From an uncultured Rhodocyclaceae bacterium (lineage in GTDB: Bacteria > Pseudomonadota > Gammaproteobacteria > Burkholderiales > Rhodocyclaceae), in contig CAZCLF010000005.1 in assembly GCA_964499485.1 (NCBI GenBank), positions 27,335-91,334 of the forward strand: a DNA stretch of 64,000 bases. Reading direction: 5' to 3'. The notes beneath the pieces were generated by a model, which saw nothing but the letters and a program-made list of their open reading frames with translations, did no database searches and was not told the DNA's origin. Of this stretch, positions 1-11,006 are shown piece by piece; positions within the stretch are counted from its first letter, which is position 1, and the number at the start of each line of letters is the position of its first letter. Made by a program: the position numbers and the translations under genes.

Positions 1-391
1 CGACCGACACATCCCAGGGGTGGTAGAGATCGAGCTCCATCGACTTCTTCGCAAGCAGCTTTTCGTCGGCGAGGCCAGCCGCACTATCAGCAGCAGTGAA
101 GCGGGCTATCGAGAGCGCCGCATCAACGGTCGCGCGCAAGGCGTCAGGTGCAAAGTCGGACGAGCTGGCATGGCCACGTTGCTGCCCCAGATAGACTGTG
201 ACGCCAACGCCCTTATCGCGGTTGTATTCAATGGTCTCGACTTCGCTTTTGCGCACCGAGACGGACTGGCCAAAGCCTTCTGACACATCAACTTCGCAAG
301 CGGTAGCACCGGCCTTGCGGGCATGCTGCAACACGTCCTGAGCAAGATTGCGCAGGGTGTCCTGTGAATAATTAAAACCTGAACCGGACAT
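1..391 (-). CDS. pmbA: PmbA/TldE metalloprotease modulator, N-terminal part. The gene runs off the left window edge and is absent from the ORF track because no stop lies in the window.
   Basis: Manual reverse translation from the ATG at 389-391 gives MSGSGFNYSQDTLRNLAQDVLQHARKAGATACEVDVSEGFGQSVSVRKSEVETIEYNRDKGVGVTVYLGQQRGHASSSDF... This parallels the E. coli PmbA N-terminus (G.SVS.R.GEVE..E.N.D...G.TVY....KG.ASS.D). It is divergent from yjgA, as in E. coli. Confidence 0.8.
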   Translation of the reverse strand, partial: MSGSGFNYSQDTLRNLAQDVLQHARKAGATACEVDVSEGFGQSVSVRKSEVETIEYNRDKGVGVTVYLGQQRGHASSSDFAPDALRATVDAALSIARFTAADSAAGLADEKLLAKKSMELDLYHPWDVSV

Positions 392-472
392 ATGGACGGG
401 GATGTAGGAGGCTGGAAAGCTATAATCATACCCGTGAAGAAACCTTATAAAGACCGCCCCCTGCCGCGCGGG

Positions 473-1048
473 ATGTCCGAACCTGAAGAACTCGATCCAG
501 AATTCGACGATTCGGGCTTCTATGGCCGCCCCAGCAAATCACAACGCAAGCGTGATGTCGAAGCCTTACAGGACCTCGGCGCCAAGCTGGTTGAGCTGTC
601 CTCAGATCAGATCAAGAAGATCGAGATGCCCGACGACCTGCGCGAGGCACTGAAGGAAGCCCACCGCATCCCGCCGCGCACCGAGGGGCGCCGCCGGCAG
701 CTGCAATACATTGGCCGCATCATGCGTAAGGTCGATCCCGAACCGCTGCAAGCCGCGCTGGACAAGATCGCTGGTTTATCGGCTGCCGAGAATGCGCGCA
801 TGCATCAGCGTGAACGACTGCGTGACCGCCTGATTGCCGACGAAAAGGTGATTGAGGAAATCATCGCCAAATACCCGCACGCTGATGTGCAGTATCTGCG
901 TCAGCAACGCCGCAACGCCATTCGCGAACAAGAGCAACAGAAGCCGCCCAAGGCTTATCGCGAGATTTATCGTGTGCTGCGCGAGCTCGAAGCCGATGGA
1001 TCCAACCTACCGGTACCGACTGACGATCATGAGGAAGACGAAGCATGA
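473..1048 (+). CDS. yjgA: YjgA/DarP (DUF615) ribosome-associated protein
   Basis: The basic, helical protein carries SKSQRKRDVEALQDLGAKLVELS...LREA...R..EGRRRQLQYIGRIMR, typical of DUF615. The ATG at 473 (MSEPEELD) is preferred over the track start at 392, which abuts the pmbA start. The divergent pmbA-yjgA synteny supports the call. Confidence 0.75.
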   Translation: MSEPEELDPEFDDSGFYGRPSKSQRKRDVEALQDLGAKLVELSSDQIKKIEMPDDLREALKEAHRIPPRTEGRRRQLQYIGRIMRKVDPEPLQAALDKIAGLSAAENARMHQRERLRDRLIADEKVIEEIIAKYPHADVQYLRQQRRNAIREQEQQKPPKAYREIYRVLRELEADGSNLPVPTDDHEEDEA

Positions 1049-1635
1049 GTGGTGACCTGATCAAAATTGGCCTGGTATCCATCTCCGACCGCGCTTCGGG
1101 TGGCGTATATGAGGACAAAGGCATTCCCGCTCTGCGCGACTGGCTAAATGCGGCCCTAACGTCACCGTGGGAAGAGGCCGTCCGTTTGATTCCAGACGAT
1201 CAGCCCACCATCGAAAAAACGCTGACCGAACTCGTGGACCAGGCTGGCTGCAATCTCGTTCTGACCACTGGTGGCACTGGGCCGGCGCTACGCGATGTCA
1301 CCCCCGAAGCGACGCTGGCCGTTGGCGACAAAGTAATGCCGGGGTTTGGCGAACAGATGCGCCAAATCAGCCTCAACTTTGTCCCCACCGCCATCCTGTC
1401 CCGCCAAGTCGCAGTGATCCGCAAACAAGCGCTGATCATGAACCTGCCGGGGCAGCCCAAGTCGATTAAGGAAACCTTGGAAGGCGTAAAAGATGCGGAC
1501 GGCATGCAAGTTGTGCCCGGCATTTTTGCCGCCGTGCCTTACTGCCTAGATCTGATTGGCGCGCCGTATATTGAGACCAACGATAGTGTTGTCGTGGCGT
1601 GGCGGCCGAAGAACGCAATTCGACCTAAGGGTTGA
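1045..1635 (+). CDS. mogA: Molybdopterin adenylyltransferase MogA
   Basis: IGLVSISDRAS.G.YEDKGIPAL...LVLTTGGTGPALRDVTPEAT...MPGFGEQMR are MoaB/MogA family motifs. An ATGA overlap couples it to yjgA. Confidence 0.85.
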   Translation: MSGDLIKIGLVSISDRASGGVYEDKGIPALRDWLNAALTSPWEEAVRLIPDDQPTIEKTLTELVDQAGCNLVLTTGGTGPALRDVTPEATLAVGDKVMPGFGEQMRQISLNFVPTAILSRQVAVIRKQALIMNLPGQPKSIKETLEGVKDADGMQVVPGIFAAVPYCLDLIGAPYIETNDSVVVAWRPKNAIRPKG

Positions 1636-1642
1636 GCCATAC

Positions 1643-1670
1643 CCGATAGCGGCCTCGCAGCCACTATCGG
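1643..1670. terminator. Hairpin between convergent mogA and the PilZ-like gene; possible bidirectional terminator without a clear U-tract
   Basis: CCGATAGCGGC-ctcgca-GCCACTATCGG has 11-bp arms with one mismatch. Confidence 0.3.
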
Positions 1671-1688
1671 CATAAGCAGGGTCGGCCG

Positions 1689-3173
1689 TTACTCTGCGAC
1701 GCGTACCCGGTAGCGTCCGATCAAATAATCCGGCCCACTCTGCACCTGGCCATCAGGAAATAATTTGACGGCCTTACCTTGATCATTGAAGGTCATGGCA
1801 ATGTTGTCCTCCCATGCCGCCGCTGGTAGCACCACACGCACTTGCGCTGACGATTCCCAAGGGTCGACCAAAATGATTTCGGTCTGAATCCCGCCACTGT
1901 CGACACTCAGCGCACGGGGTTGCTTGGTGAGTGTTTCGATACCAAGCGTTGCACTACTTTCTGTATCTCGTGTGAAACGACGCACGATGCCGAGCAACCA
2001 GTTGCTTCCACCTTCTGGCTGCATCACCAGCAATGTATTGACGGACAAACGGCTGTCTCGCATAAGTTGCGCCTGCGCGCCGATGCCACCCTGGCTCACG
2101 TCTTCCACGACCCATGATTCAGCGTTGGCGTTATCGCCGCTTCCGGCCAGACAGCGGTAGGCCTGTGCAAGGCCAGACATGATGGTCATGCGCGATTTGA
2201 CGCGATGGCGCACATGGCTGCGTTGTGGGGGGATCGGCGACCAGTAGGCCGCAAGGTGATCGAGCACATCGACCACCATCTCTGCGGGATAGCTGTTACC
2301 TAGGTTGAGGCTGGGAGGTATAGCTTGTTCAGCTTGTGTCTTGAGCGCATAAGCAGCATCCAGTGCAAGGCCGGGGCTGAAATAGCGCAAGGTGGGAGCC
2401 GGTGGTGGCTTGATAGCGAGCCGCTTTGGCGGTTGAGGCTTGAGCGCATCGACCCAGTACACACTGTCTGGTCTTTCCTGATTGCCGAATACAAATTGCG
2501 GCAGCAGATGATCCAAGAGTCGCTCTGCCAGTTCGATTTCCTGAGGGAGCAGGCTGTCCATTGAAGAGGCTTGGAAGGCAAGGCTCTTGAGGTATTCACG
2601 CTCGGGCGTGGTCAGTGGCGAATTGGCGTACAGACTGACTGACTTTTGGACGACTCCGGCCTCGACAGCCGCAAGATATATCTTGCCAGCTTCTTGCCAA
2701 AACTCTGCAGTGTTCGGGCCATAGCGGAATTGTTGCCACTTAAGTAGAACCGTATGGGCATGCAGGGCCCGTGCAAACAGAACGGGCAGGCTTGCCTTAA
2801 GTGCATCTCTGATTTTGGCTGAGGCCGTTGATAACTCGGTCAGACAACTTGCGTAGGATTGGGCAAGCTGGGTCCAGTACTCGGCGCCCAAGCGCCATTG
2901 GCGCATTTCTTCATTACGCGACGTCGGTACAGCCGCTGCATAGTCACGCGCAAAACGACGTGCCGCCGCAATGAGAGTGGCATCCATCTGCTGAACAATC
3001 TCGCAACGTTGATCAAGCTCAACGAGCTGATCACGGTGCAAAGATTCCAGCAGGATCGTCGCGTCATCAAGGGCAAATTCCGGCTCCTTGCCCGCCATAT
3101 CCGCAAATAGCCGACGCGCCTCTTTGGCATCGGTGAGCGGATGATCGGATTTGGCAGAAAACAGACCCAGCAT
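1689..3173 (-). CDS. Conserved hypothetical protein with a C-terminal PilZ-like (c-di-GMP binding) motif pair
   Basis: This is a 494-aa ORF with genome-typical codon use. Residues 318-322 are RSHVR (RxxxR) and residues 358-363 are DVSQGG (D-x-S-x-x-G), the two PilZ signature motifs. I do not recognise the N-terminal ~315 aa. Confidence 0.5.
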   Translation of the reverse strand: MLGLFSAKSDHPLTDAKEARRLFADMAGKEPEFALDDATILLESLHRDQLVELDQRCEIVQQMDATLIAAARRFARDYAAAVPTSRNEEMRQWRLGAEYWTQLAQSYASCLTELSTASAKIRDALKASLPVLFARALHAHTVLLKWQQFRYGPNTAEFWQEAGKIYLAAVEAGVVQKSVSLYANSPLTTPEREYLKSLAFQASSMDSLLPQEIELAERLLDHLLPQFVFGNQERPDSVYWVDALKPQPPKRLAIKPPPAPTLRYFSPGLALDAAYALKTQAEQAIPPSLNLGNSYPAEMVVDVLDHLAAYWSPIPPQRSHVRHRVKSRMTIMSGLAQAYRCLAGSGDNANAESWVVEDVSQGGIGAQAQLMRDSRLSVNTLLVMQPEGGSNWLLGIVRRFTRDTESSATLGIETLTKQPRALSVDSGGIQTEIILVDPWESSAQVRVVLPAAAWEDNIAMTFNDQGKAVKLFPDGQVQSGPDYLIGRYRVRVAE

Positions 3174-3335
3174 GGAGCACCCCCTATTACGAATAGTTGA
3201 ATCCTAGCAGATGAGTGAATCCACACGTATTCTGAACTGAAATCCGTATTGCTTGCCAATGTGCATGTTGCTGTGACGCCACCCGCTTTACTATTAGAAT
3301 GCAGCTTCCCGCGAACCACTATTCGGAAACGCAGC

Positions 3336-4130
3336 ATGCAGCAGTACCTCGATCTGATGCGTCACGTCCTAGCGCAAGGGCATGACAAAAGCGACCGCAC
3401 CGGCACCGGCACTCGTTCGGTGTTTGGGTGGCAGATGCGCTTTAACTTGGAGGAAGGTTTTCCCCTCCTGACCACCAAAAAGCTGCACACCAAATCCATC
3501 ATCCACGAATTGTTGTGGTTCTTGCAGGGCGATACGAATATCGCTTACCTCAAAGCCAATGGCGTCCGTATATGGGATGAGTGGGCGGATGAAAACGGCA
3601 ATCTCGGCCCGGTGTATGGTCACCAATGGCGTCATTGGCCAGCGGGCGACGGAAAAGAGGTGGATCAGATCGCGCAGTTGGTGCGTGACCTGAAAGCCAA
3701 CCCAGATTCACGTCGTCACATCGTCAGCGCTTGGAATCCAGGCGACGTGCCAAAGATGAAGCTGCCGCCGTGCCACGCACTGTTCCAGTTTTATGTGGCC
3801 GACAACAAGCTGTCCTGCCAGCTTTATCAACGCAGTGCTGACATCTTCCTCGGCGTCCCTTTCAACATCGCGTCGTATGCGCTGCTCACCCACATGATTG
3901 CCCAAGTGTGCGGCTACGGTGTGGGTGATTTTGTGCACACGCTGGGGGATGCGCACCTGTATAGCAATCACTTTGAGCAGGCCAAACTGCAGCTGAGCCG
4001 CGATACACGCCCGCTCCCGACACTCAAGCTGAACCCGGATGTGACTGATCTGTTTGCCTTCCGCTTCGAAGACATCAGCATCGAAGGTTACGACCCACAT
4101 CCGCACATTCCTGCGCCGGTCGCAGTCTGA
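3336..4130 (+). CDS. thyA: Thymidylate synthase ThyA
   Basis: [36 protein letters not shown] and the PPCH active-site region are present. From the ATG at 3336 it is 264 aa, the canonical length. The track start at 3249 adds a non-homologous extension. Confidence 0.95.
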   Translation: MQQYLDLMRHVLAQGHDKSDRTGTGTRSVFGWQMRFNLEEGFPLLTTKKLHTKSIIHELLWFLQGDTNIAYLKANGVRIWDEWADENGNLGPVYGHQWRHWPAGDGKEVDQIAQLVRDLKANPDSRRHIVSAWNPGDVPKMKLPPCHALFQFYVADNKLSCQLYQRSADIFLGVPFNIASYALLTHMIAQVCGYGVGDFVHTLGDAHLYSNHFEQAKLQLSRDTRPLPTLKLNPDVTDLFAFRFEDISIEGYDPHPHIPAPVAV

Positions 4131-4135
4131 ACTCC

Positions 4136-5077
4136 ATGCAACTGGTCGGCGACATCGGTGGCACCCGCAGTCGACTGGCCTTCAGCAGCCCACAAGGGCT
4201 GCAGCATGTGCGCGTTTTTGCAAACGCTGATTACCCCGACTTTGCCACTCTGCTTGGTCAATTTCTCGCTGAGACGGGCGTCCGCCCACTGGGTGGTTGC
4301 TTCGCGGTCGCCGGCCCGGTGGCGGATGATGGCCGCAGCGTACATCTCACCAATCTCGGGTGGCGCATTATGCTGGATACGCTCGAAGCAGATTACAGCT
4401 TGCCTCGCCTGCACCTTGTGAATGATTTTGCGGGCGCGGCAATGGGTATTACGGTCACACCACCGTCATCGCTGATCACCCTGCAACCCGGACAACCACT
4501 CGCCGAAGGGCTGCGCTTAGTCATCGGCGCTGGGACGGGGCTCGGTGTTGCTTCGCTGTTCAAGGGTGACAGCCGTTGGCATGTGCTGCCAGGTGAGGGC
4601 GGGCATATCGGCTTTGCGCCCCAAGATGAACAACAGGATGCGCTGTGCCGCTGGCTGCGCGCGCGGCATGCACGCGTAATCGCTGAACATATAGTGTCGG
4701 GCAGTGGTCTTGCCAGCATTCACGGCTTTCTGTGCGACCAACGTGGTGTTGCCAACACGGCCGACTCCCCGGCCACAGTGGCCACACGTGCGCAGGCAGG
4801 TGAAGAGATGGCATTGGCAGCCTTTGATCTGTTCGCTTCAGTCTATGGCGCCGTTGCCGGTGACTATGCCTTAGCACGCATGGCGCGCGGCGGCGTGTTT
4901 CTCGCGGGCGGCATTGCCGCATCAAACCTCGACTTGATGCAGCGCGGCCCCTTCATGGCGGCGTTTTTGCGCAAAGGGGTCTATACCGAATTGGTTGGCC
5001 AGATGCCGGTACACGTGGTCACAGACCCACTGCTCGGCCTGCATGGGGCCGCCTGCTTCGCTGGCGAAATGGCTTGA
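4136..5077 (+). CDS. glk: Glucokinase
   Basis: N-terminal LVGDIGGT..RLA and the GGHIGFAP and FLAGGI motifs belong to the Glk/ROK-like glucokinase family. Confidence 0.85.
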   Translation: MQLVGDIGGTRSRLAFSSPQGLQHVRVFANADYPDFATLLGQFLAETGVRPLGGCFAVAGPVADDGRSVHLTNLGWRIMLDTLEADYSLPRLHLVNDFAGAAMGITVTPPSSLITLQPGQPLAEGLRLVIGAGTGLGVASLFKGDSRWHVLPGEGGHIGFAPQDEQQDALCRWLRARHARVIAEHIVSGSGLASIHGFLCDQRGVANTADSPATVATRAQAGEEMALAAFDLFASVYGAVAGDYALARMARGGVFLAGGIAASNLDLMQRGPFMAAFLRKGVYTELVGQMPVHVVTDPLLGLHGAACFAGEMA

Positions 5078-5248
5078 TCGTCCCTGTGCTGAGCTGCGCC
5101 TGGAGGCACAGTGGGGAGAGCGTAGTTATCTACATGCGTCCATAAAAATCGCTCATTTGGAATTTGCTGTGCGGAGGGCTAGTTTTAGCAATGAAGCTTC
5201 ATAGTGATCTAGTGATGCTTCGCGCTTATACCCCTTCAGGAGATACTC

Positions 5249-5659
5249 ATGGTCAGCGAGGTTAAAGCAAGTACGGCGCGCAGCAAATCTACGGTGAAAA
5301 AGGCAGTAAAAACCACAAGCAAGACAAACAGCAAAATCGACGCCACAGCAACAGCTGCCAAAGTCGCCAAGAAAGTCGCGGCTGCAAAACCTGCGCCTGT
5401 TAAAACACCTGCCAAAAAATCTTCGCCCGCTCCTAAAGCAGAGCCCAAGGTAGCGGACAAGGTAATCAAACACACCCGCAAGACCAAGATTCCAAAGCCT
5501 ATTGGCATTACTGCTGAAGCCCGCTTGCGCCATATTGAAGTCGCTGCGTATTACATCGCCGAACACCGCGGCTTTAGTGGGGGCGACGCAGCAGATGACT
5601 GGCTGGCGGCCGAACAGCAGATTGATCATCTGCTGTTGGCCGGTAAGCTGACTGGATAA
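5249..5659 (+). CDS. DUF2934-domain protein with a Lys/Ala/Pro-rich histone-H1-like N-terminal tail
   Basis: The SD-like CAGGAG lies 7 nt upstream of the ATG (caggagatactcATG). The N-terminal ~80 aa are AKP-rich (KVAKKVAAAKPAPVKTPAKK...). The C-terminus IEVAAYYIAEHRGFSGGDAADDWLAAEQQI matches the DUF2934 pattern. Confidence 0.6.
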   Translation: MVSEVKASTARSKSTVKKAVKTTSKTNSKIDATATAAKVAKKVAAAKPAPVKTPAKKSSPAPKAEPKVADKVIKHTRKTKIPKPIGITAEARLRHIEVAAYYIAEHRGFSGGDAADDWLAAEQQIDHLLLAGKLTG

Positions 5660-5680
5660 GTTATGGCTAGTGGATGGCGC

Positions 5681-7267
5681 CTACAGGGCGCTTTCTAGAT
5701 GCTTGACGAGGGTGTGTAGTTCGCCAGAGGTGGCACGCAGTCGACTCATCGCACCGCCAATGTCGCCAACAGTGTGATGGTTTTTGTCGACCAGACTCGC
5801 CAGCGCCTCCATGCTCACTGCCACTTCGTGTGAAGCATCCGACTGCTGCTGCAGCATGCGCCGAACATCGTGTGCCAATTCCATCGCACTTTGACTGGCG
5901 CGTGAAATTTGCTCCATGCTCTCGGCGGTGCCCGAAATGGATTGTGTTCCGCGACCCACCGCAGCCGTTGCAGCTTCCATGCTATCAACCGCATCATGGG
6001 CGCGAAGCTCAACCAGCTTGACCGATTGTGTGATGTCGGCTGTGGTTTGCGCGGTTCGCTCTGCAAGCTTCCGCACTTCATCCGCCACCACAGCAAATCC
6101 CCGCCCAGACTCCCCTGCACGGGCCGCCTCGATCGCCGCGTTGAGCGCCAGAAGATTCGTCTGATCAGCAATCTCTTTGATCAAGCTGGCGAACTCGCCG
6201 ATGTGGGCAATTGACTCGTGCATTTCGCGAATCGTCGCTTGCGAATCACTGACAACATGCACTACTTCCTGAATGTTCTCCGTACTCACCTGCATAGCGG
6301 CCCGGCTGGCATCGGCAGCCTTGTCGGTTGCTTCGCTGGCCTCCAGACTTTGTGCAGTGTTGCTGGAAATTTCATTCACCGACACGCTCATCTGCTCCAT
6401 GGCGGCAGCAACTTGCATCACGCGTTCAGTCTGATTCCCTGACGTTTCTTCAAGCTGCGCGATGGCCTCTTGGAGCTCCTGACTCCGGCTAGCGACTTCG
6501 CGAGCAGCCAGTAACACATCGGCAAACATCGCGCGCTGGTGAAGACGCATCGCCTCAACCTGCATAAACAACGCATCTAGCCATCCGCCCTTCGGAACAA
6601 CGCGCTTCGCTAACTGACCTTCATCCACGGCGGCCAGGGCTTCTTGTAGTGCCTTAAGGGGGGCAAGCAAGGTTTTTTGTAGCCAGACACCCGCCCCCAG
6701 CAAACCGACACACCCTGCGGCCAACAAGCTCCAGTTCGCCCATCCCTCTAGAAAGGCAGACCCAATCAGCAGGGTGAGTGTGGCCGCAGTGAATGCCCAT
6801 ACGTAGTTGGTAACCCGAGAAAGCGGCTTGAGACGTGCTGTGGGTTTAAGCGTCGCACGCCCTTCGCGAACATCCTTGTAGTGTTGCTCAATTCGCTGCA
6901 CCTCGGCTTTATCTGGTGGCGTGCGAACTGAGATATAACCAATCGATTTGCCATTCTCGGTAATCGGCGTGACAAAGGCCTCAACCCAGTAGAAGTCGCC
7001 GTTCTTAGCGCGGTTCTTGACCAAGCCCCGCCAAGGCTCATGGGCCTTAACCGTGCTCCACAAATCGGCAAATGCTGCAGGTGGCATATCAGGGTGTCGG
7101 ACCACGTTGTGGCTGGCGCCAATCAGCTCCTCGGCCGTGAAGCCACTGATGCGGATAAAGGACTCATTGGCATAGGTAATACGGCCCTTTAGATCCGTTT
7201 TTGTGACAATTGGCTTACCTGGCTCTAGAAAACGCTCTGTCTGTGTGATCGGCAGATTGGTCTTCAT
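5681..7267 (-). CDS. Methyl-accepting chemotaxis protein with an N-terminal PAS domain (Aer-like topology)
   Basis: The N-terminus [28 protein letters not shown]...F.DLW.T...G.PW.G.VKNR.K.G..YWV is a PAS domain. It is followed by a hydrophobic hairpin, a HAMP-like region and the conserved MCP signalling domain ([39 protein letters not shown]). Confidence 0.9.
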   Translation of the reverse strand: MKTNLPITQTERFLEPGKPIVTKTDLKGRITYANESFIRISGFTAEELIGASHNVVRHPDMPPAAFADLWSTVKAHEPWRGLVKNRAKNGDFYWVEAFVTPITENGKSIGYISVRTPPDKAEVQRIEQHYKDVREGRATLKPTARLKPLSRVTNYVWAFTAATLTLLIGSAFLEGWANWSLLAAGCVGLLGAGVWLQKTLLAPLKALQEALAAVDEGQLAKRVVPKGGWLDALFMQVEAMRLHQRAMFADVLLAAREVASRSQELQEAIAQLEETSGNQTERVMQVAAAMEQMSVSVNEISSNTAQSLEASEATDKAADASRAAMQVSTENIQEVVHVVSDSQATIREMHESIAHIGEFASLIKEIADQTNLLALNAAIEAARAGESGRGFAVVADEVRKLAERTAQTTADITQSVKLVELRAHDAVDSMEAATAAVGRGTQSISGTAESMEQISRASQSAMELAHDVRRMLQQQSDASHEVAVSMEALASLVDKNHHTVGDIGGAMSRLRATSGELHTLVKHLESAL

Positions 7268-7474
7268 ATAACCCCCTTAATTTTCAGATAGTTGAGGCAA
7301 TGCACAAACAAAAATGCTAACGGGATAATGTAGGCCGCATTTTCTACGATAGAAAGAATGTAAAGTTTTTGCAAGGAATTAATAAATAATGATGTTCTTT
7401 ACATTTGCTTAATTAATCATACAGGGCGCGCGCGCTCGTGGCTTGATCCATATCAAGCCAAATGCAGCGAACTG

Positions 7475-9649
7475 CTAGGCAGCTTGGAGAACGATGAGCG
7501 CTAAGGGGGGCAAAGTCAGCGTTAGGCCGGCCGGTTGCGACATCCATGCATGCGGGCTGGCGGTGAGGCCGCTGCCATTGCCCAGATTACCGCCCCCGTA
7601 ATGGGCAGAATCGCTGTTGAAGACCTCCTGCCAATTGCCCGCAGTTGGCACACCAATTCGATAGTGCTGGCGAGGCACCGGGGTAAAATTAGCAGCCACG
7701 ACCACCACACTGCCATCGCGGGCGCGGCGTTGCCAGATCAAAACAGATTGGTCTGCATCATGGCAATCCACCCACGCAAAGCCCCCGGACTCGAAATCCA
7801 GCTCATGGAGTGCGGGAATCTCTCGGTAGAGTCGGTTCAAATCAGCGCTCATTCGCTGCATCCCTGAATGCAATGGCCATTGCAACAGATGCCAAGGAAG
7901 CTCGGTCCGATCACGCCATTCATGGCCTTGGGCAAACTCGCTGCCCATGAAGGTGAGCTTCTTACCCGGCGAGGTCATCTGATAGCTGAGCAATAAACGC
8001 AAATTCGCATAACGCTGCCACTCGTCACCTGGCATCTTGCCGAGGAGGGAGCCCTTGCCATGGACCACCTCATCATGCGAGAGCGGCAGCACAAAGTTTT
8101 CCGAGTAAGCATAGAGCTGACCAAAAGTCAGTTTGTCATGGTGATAGCGGCGATACACCGGGTCCTGCCCAAAGTAGTTGAGGGTGTCGTTCATCCACCC
8201 CATATTCCACTTCATCGAGAAACCAAGGCCACCCACATAAACAGGCCGGGAGACCTGTGGCCATGCCGTCGACTCCTCAGCGATGGTAAGCGCCCCCGGA
8301 AACTCACGGTGCACCATCTCGTTCATTTCACGCAGGAAGGCGATGGCATCGAGATTTTCTCGACCGCCATATTTGTTCGGCTTCCACTCCCCCGCTTTGC
8401 GTGAGTAATCTAGGTAAAGCATCGAAGCCACCGCATCGACGCGCAGGCCGTCGATATGGAATTCCGATAACCACCAATGCGCGCTCGACAGCAGGAAGCT
8501 GCGGACTTCATTGCGCGCATAGTTGAAGACATGCGTGCCCCAGTCCGGCTGAATTTTTTGCTGCGGATCTGCGTGCTCGTAAAGCGCCGTGCCATCAAAG
8601 TGGGCGAGCGCCCAATCGTCGGCCGGAAAGTGCCCAGGCACCCAGTCGAGCAGCACACCAATTCCCGCTTGATGACAGGTATCCACAAAATGGCGGAAGT
8701 CATCCGGCATGCCAAAGCGCGCACTCGGCGCAAAGAAGCCTGTACATTGATAGCCCCATGATTCATCGAGCGGATGCTCCATGATCGGCAGCAATTCAAG
8801 GTGCGTGTAGCCCTGCTGCTGCACATACGGCACCAGCTTATCGGCCAGTTCGCGGTAGCTATAGAAGCTGCCATCCGGATGACGCATCCATGAGCCGGCA
8901 TGCACTTCATAAATCGACATCGGTGCATGCAGCCAATCCGCAGTGGCTCGTCGCTGCAGCCAGGCCGCGTCTTGCCAGTCATAGCGGCTGCTAGCCACCA
9001 CGCGGGCGGCAGTGGCGGGGCGCTTCTCAAAGCCCCGTGCATAGGGGTCAGCCTTCGCTTTGACGAGCTCACTACCTCGCTGACGAAGCTCGAACTTATA
9101 CAGCGTACCGTCCGGCAAATCCGGCACAAATAGCTCCCAGACGCCACTGGCGCCAAGGCTGGCGAGTGGGTGGCAGCGCCCATCCCAGTGATTGAAATCG
9201 CCGATTACGGATACGCGTTCAGCATTCGGTGCCCACACGCGGAAACAAATTCCACTGACACCTTGTCTGATCTCGGTCAAAGCGCCGAGGAGTCGATACG
9301 CCTGATAGTTACTCCCTGAGGAAAACAGATAGAGGTCATGTTCGCTTGGGGAGGGCGGAAAAGCATAAGGGTCATGCACCCGAAAGGAGCGCTTGCCTTC
9401 CTGTATGTGCAGGCACCATGGTGCGGTTGGCGGTTCACTGCCATGCCACTCGAAAACCCCGCCACTGCCAGCCCGTTGCAAAGAGGTGTTTGCGCCGTCA
9501 CATTCCAGCGCTATGCTGTGCGCATGCGGATTGAAAACGCGGAGGCGCCAACCTGTGCCATGGCGGTGCAGGCCAAGTACCCTGAACGGATCATATTCGC
9601 GTGCCTCGAGGAGGGGGCGCATTTCAGCATCAAGCATTTGCATCACCAT
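7475..9649 (-). CDS. glgB: 1,4-alpha-glucan branching enzyme GlgB (GH13)
   Basis: Full-length similarity to GlgB is evident ([70 protein letters not shown]). The start is taken at one of three clustered Met codons (9649, 9643 or 9637). The track start at 9754 would overlap glgC. Confidence 0.9.
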   Translation of the reverse strand: MVMQMLDAEMRPLLEAREYDPFRVLGLHRHGTGWRLRVFNPHAHSIALECDGANTSLQRAGSGGVFEWHGSEPPTAPWCLHIQEGKRSFRVHDPYAFPPSPSEHDLYLFSSGSNYQAYRLLGALTEIRQGVSGICFRVWAPNAERVSVIGDFNHWDGRCHPLASLGASGVWELFVPDLPDGTLYKFELRQRGSELVKAKADPYARGFEKRPATAARVVASSRYDWQDAAWLQRRATADWLHAPMSIYEVHAGSWMRHPDGSFYSYRELADKLVPYVQQQGYTHLELLPIMEHPLDESWGYQCTGFFAPSARFGMPDDFRHFVDTCHQAGIGVLLDWVPGHFPADDWALAHFDGTALYEHADPQQKIQPDWGTHVFNYARNEVRSFLLSSAHWWLSEFHIDGLRVDAVASMLYLDYSRKAGEWKPNKYGGRENLDAIAFLREMNEMVHREFPGALTIAEESTAWPQVSRPVYVGGLGFSMKWNMGWMNDTLNYFGQDPVYRRYHHDKLTFGQLYAYSENFVLPLSHDEVVHGKGSLLGKMPGDEWQRYANLRLLLSYQMTSPGKKLTFMGSEFAQGHEWRDRTELPWHLLQWPLHSGMQRMSADLNRLYREIPALHELDFESGGFAWVDCHDADQSVLIWQRRARDGSVVVVAANFTPVPRQHYRIGVPTAGNWQEVFNSDSAHYGGGNLGNGSGLTASPHAWMSQPAGLTLTLPPLALIVLQAA

Positions 9650-9692
9650 TCGGATCACACTGTGCGGCCATTGTAGCCGCGGGAGCCTTGCA

Positions 9693-10988
9693 ATGTCTGA
9701 GCAAAACAACCAGAACACGGCTGGTCGACATGTCAGCCACCTGACACGCAACACTTATGCGATCGTACTCGCTGGGGGCCGTGGCAGCCGCCTGATGCAA
9801 CTGACCGACTGGCGTGCCAAGCCATCAGTTCCATTTGGAGGCAAGTTTCGCATCATCGATTTCGCGCTATCCAACTGCGTTAATTCGGGCATCCGCCGCA
9901 TAGGCGTTGCTACCCAGTACAAGGCACAAAGTCTGATCCGCCATATCCAGCATGCGTGGAGCTTCCTTGAAGGGCGCTTCCACGAAGGCGTCGATTTGAT
10001 GCCGGCACAGCAGATGATGGGCGAGGGTTGGTATCGCGGCACTGCCGATGCGGTGTACCAAAACATCGATCTGCTGCGCTACAACCGCCCCAAATATGTG
10101 CTCATCCTGTCTGGCGATCACGTTTACAAGATGGACTACGGCCGCATGCTGGCCGAACATGTCTGGAACGATGCCGAGCTCACAGTCGCCTGCATCGATG
10201 TGCCGATTGAAGATGCCAAGGGCTTTGGCGTGATGGCTGTAGACGAGGCCAATCGCGTCACCAGTTTTGTCGAGAAGCCCGCTGAGCCCCCCACGATGCC
10301 CGGCAATCCAGAGCGCTCACTCGCCTCCATGGGGATCTACGTCTTCAATGCTGACTTTCTGTACGAGCAATTACTGCGCGATTGTGCGGACGAAAATTCG
10401 AGTAATGACTTCGGCAAGGACATCATCCCGCATGTGCTGGCCAACAACCGGCGCGTCTTTGCACACAGCTTCAAGAATAGCTGTGTAGGTGGCGCCAGTC
10501 CGGATGTGCCCTACTGGCGAGACGTTGGCACCATTGATGCTTACTGGGAAGCCAATATGGAGCTGACCAAAGTGATGCCGGAGTTGAATATGTACGATGA
10601 GGAATGGCCGATCTGGACTTATCAGGAGCAGATGCCGCCCGCTAAGTTTGTCTTCGATGACGATGGTCGTCGTGGCATGGCCGTCGACTCACTGGTCTCA
10701 GGTGGTGACATCATCAGCGGTGCGACTGTGCGCCGCTCGCTGCTGTTCTCACGGGTCAATGTATACGACGGCGCATTGGTGGAAGATTCTGTTGTCCTGC
10801 AAGGTGTTGATATTGGTCCGGGGGCAAAGATCCGCCGTGCCGTCATCGATAAGCGTTGCAAAATTCCATCTGGCATGCGGATTGGATACAACCTTGAAGA
10901 AGACCGACAACGCTTTTACGTCAGCGAAAAAGGGGTGGTTCTGGTCACGCAGGACATGCTCGGTCAGCGTGCACCGCGCATCGGCTAG
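9693..10988 (+). CDS. glgC: Glucose-1-phosphate adenylyltransferase GlgC
   Basis: [44 protein letters not shown] is nearly identical in pattern to E. coli GlgC. The ATG at 9693 gives 431 aa. The track start at 9393 runs antisense through glgB. Confidence 0.92.
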   Translation: MSEQNNQNTAGRHVSHLTRNTYAIVLAGGRGSRLMQLTDWRAKPSVPFGGKFRIIDFALSNCVNSGIRRIGVATQYKAQSLIRHIQHAWSFLEGRFHEGVDLMPAQQMMGEGWYRGTADAVYQNIDLLRYNRPKYVLILSGDHVYKMDYGRMLAEHVWNDAELTVACIDVPIEDAKGFGVMAVDEANRVTSFVEKPAEPPTMPGNPERSLASMGIYVFNADFLYEQLLRDCADENSSNDFGKDIIPHVLANNRRVFAHSFKNSCVGGASPDVPYWRDVGTIDAYWEANMELTKVMPELNMYDEEWPIWTYQEQMPPAKFVFDDDGRRGMAVDSLVSGGDIISGATVRRSLLFSRVNVYDGALVEDSVVLQGVDIGPGAKIRRAVIDKRCKIPSGMRIGYNLEEDRQRFYVSEKGVVLVTQDMLGQRAPRIG

Positions 10989-11006
10989 CCTAGGTCGGTA
11001 CTCGAC

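Noticed and set aside
7424-7459. An alternating (GC)5 tract and the GGCTTGAT-ccat-ATCAAGCC hairpin downstream of glgB, considered as a special regulatory or Z-DNA element
   Set aside because: It is short and isolated, with no U-tract. It is most simply a weak terminator or 3' stabiliser for glgB within the AT-rich promoter region of the MCP gene, and is not distinctive enough to report.
3249-9754. Track-suggested N-terminal extensions of thyA (3249), glgB (9754) and glgC (9393). The same issue applies to pgi (14796), metG (29169), leuS (41299), lptE (43953), xerD (47034) and rpsU (51906).
   Set aside because: The extensions have no counterpart in the well-known homologues. Several overlap the neighbouring gene or begin at TTG/GTG codons. 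Internal ATG codons give canonical protein lengths and N-termini.
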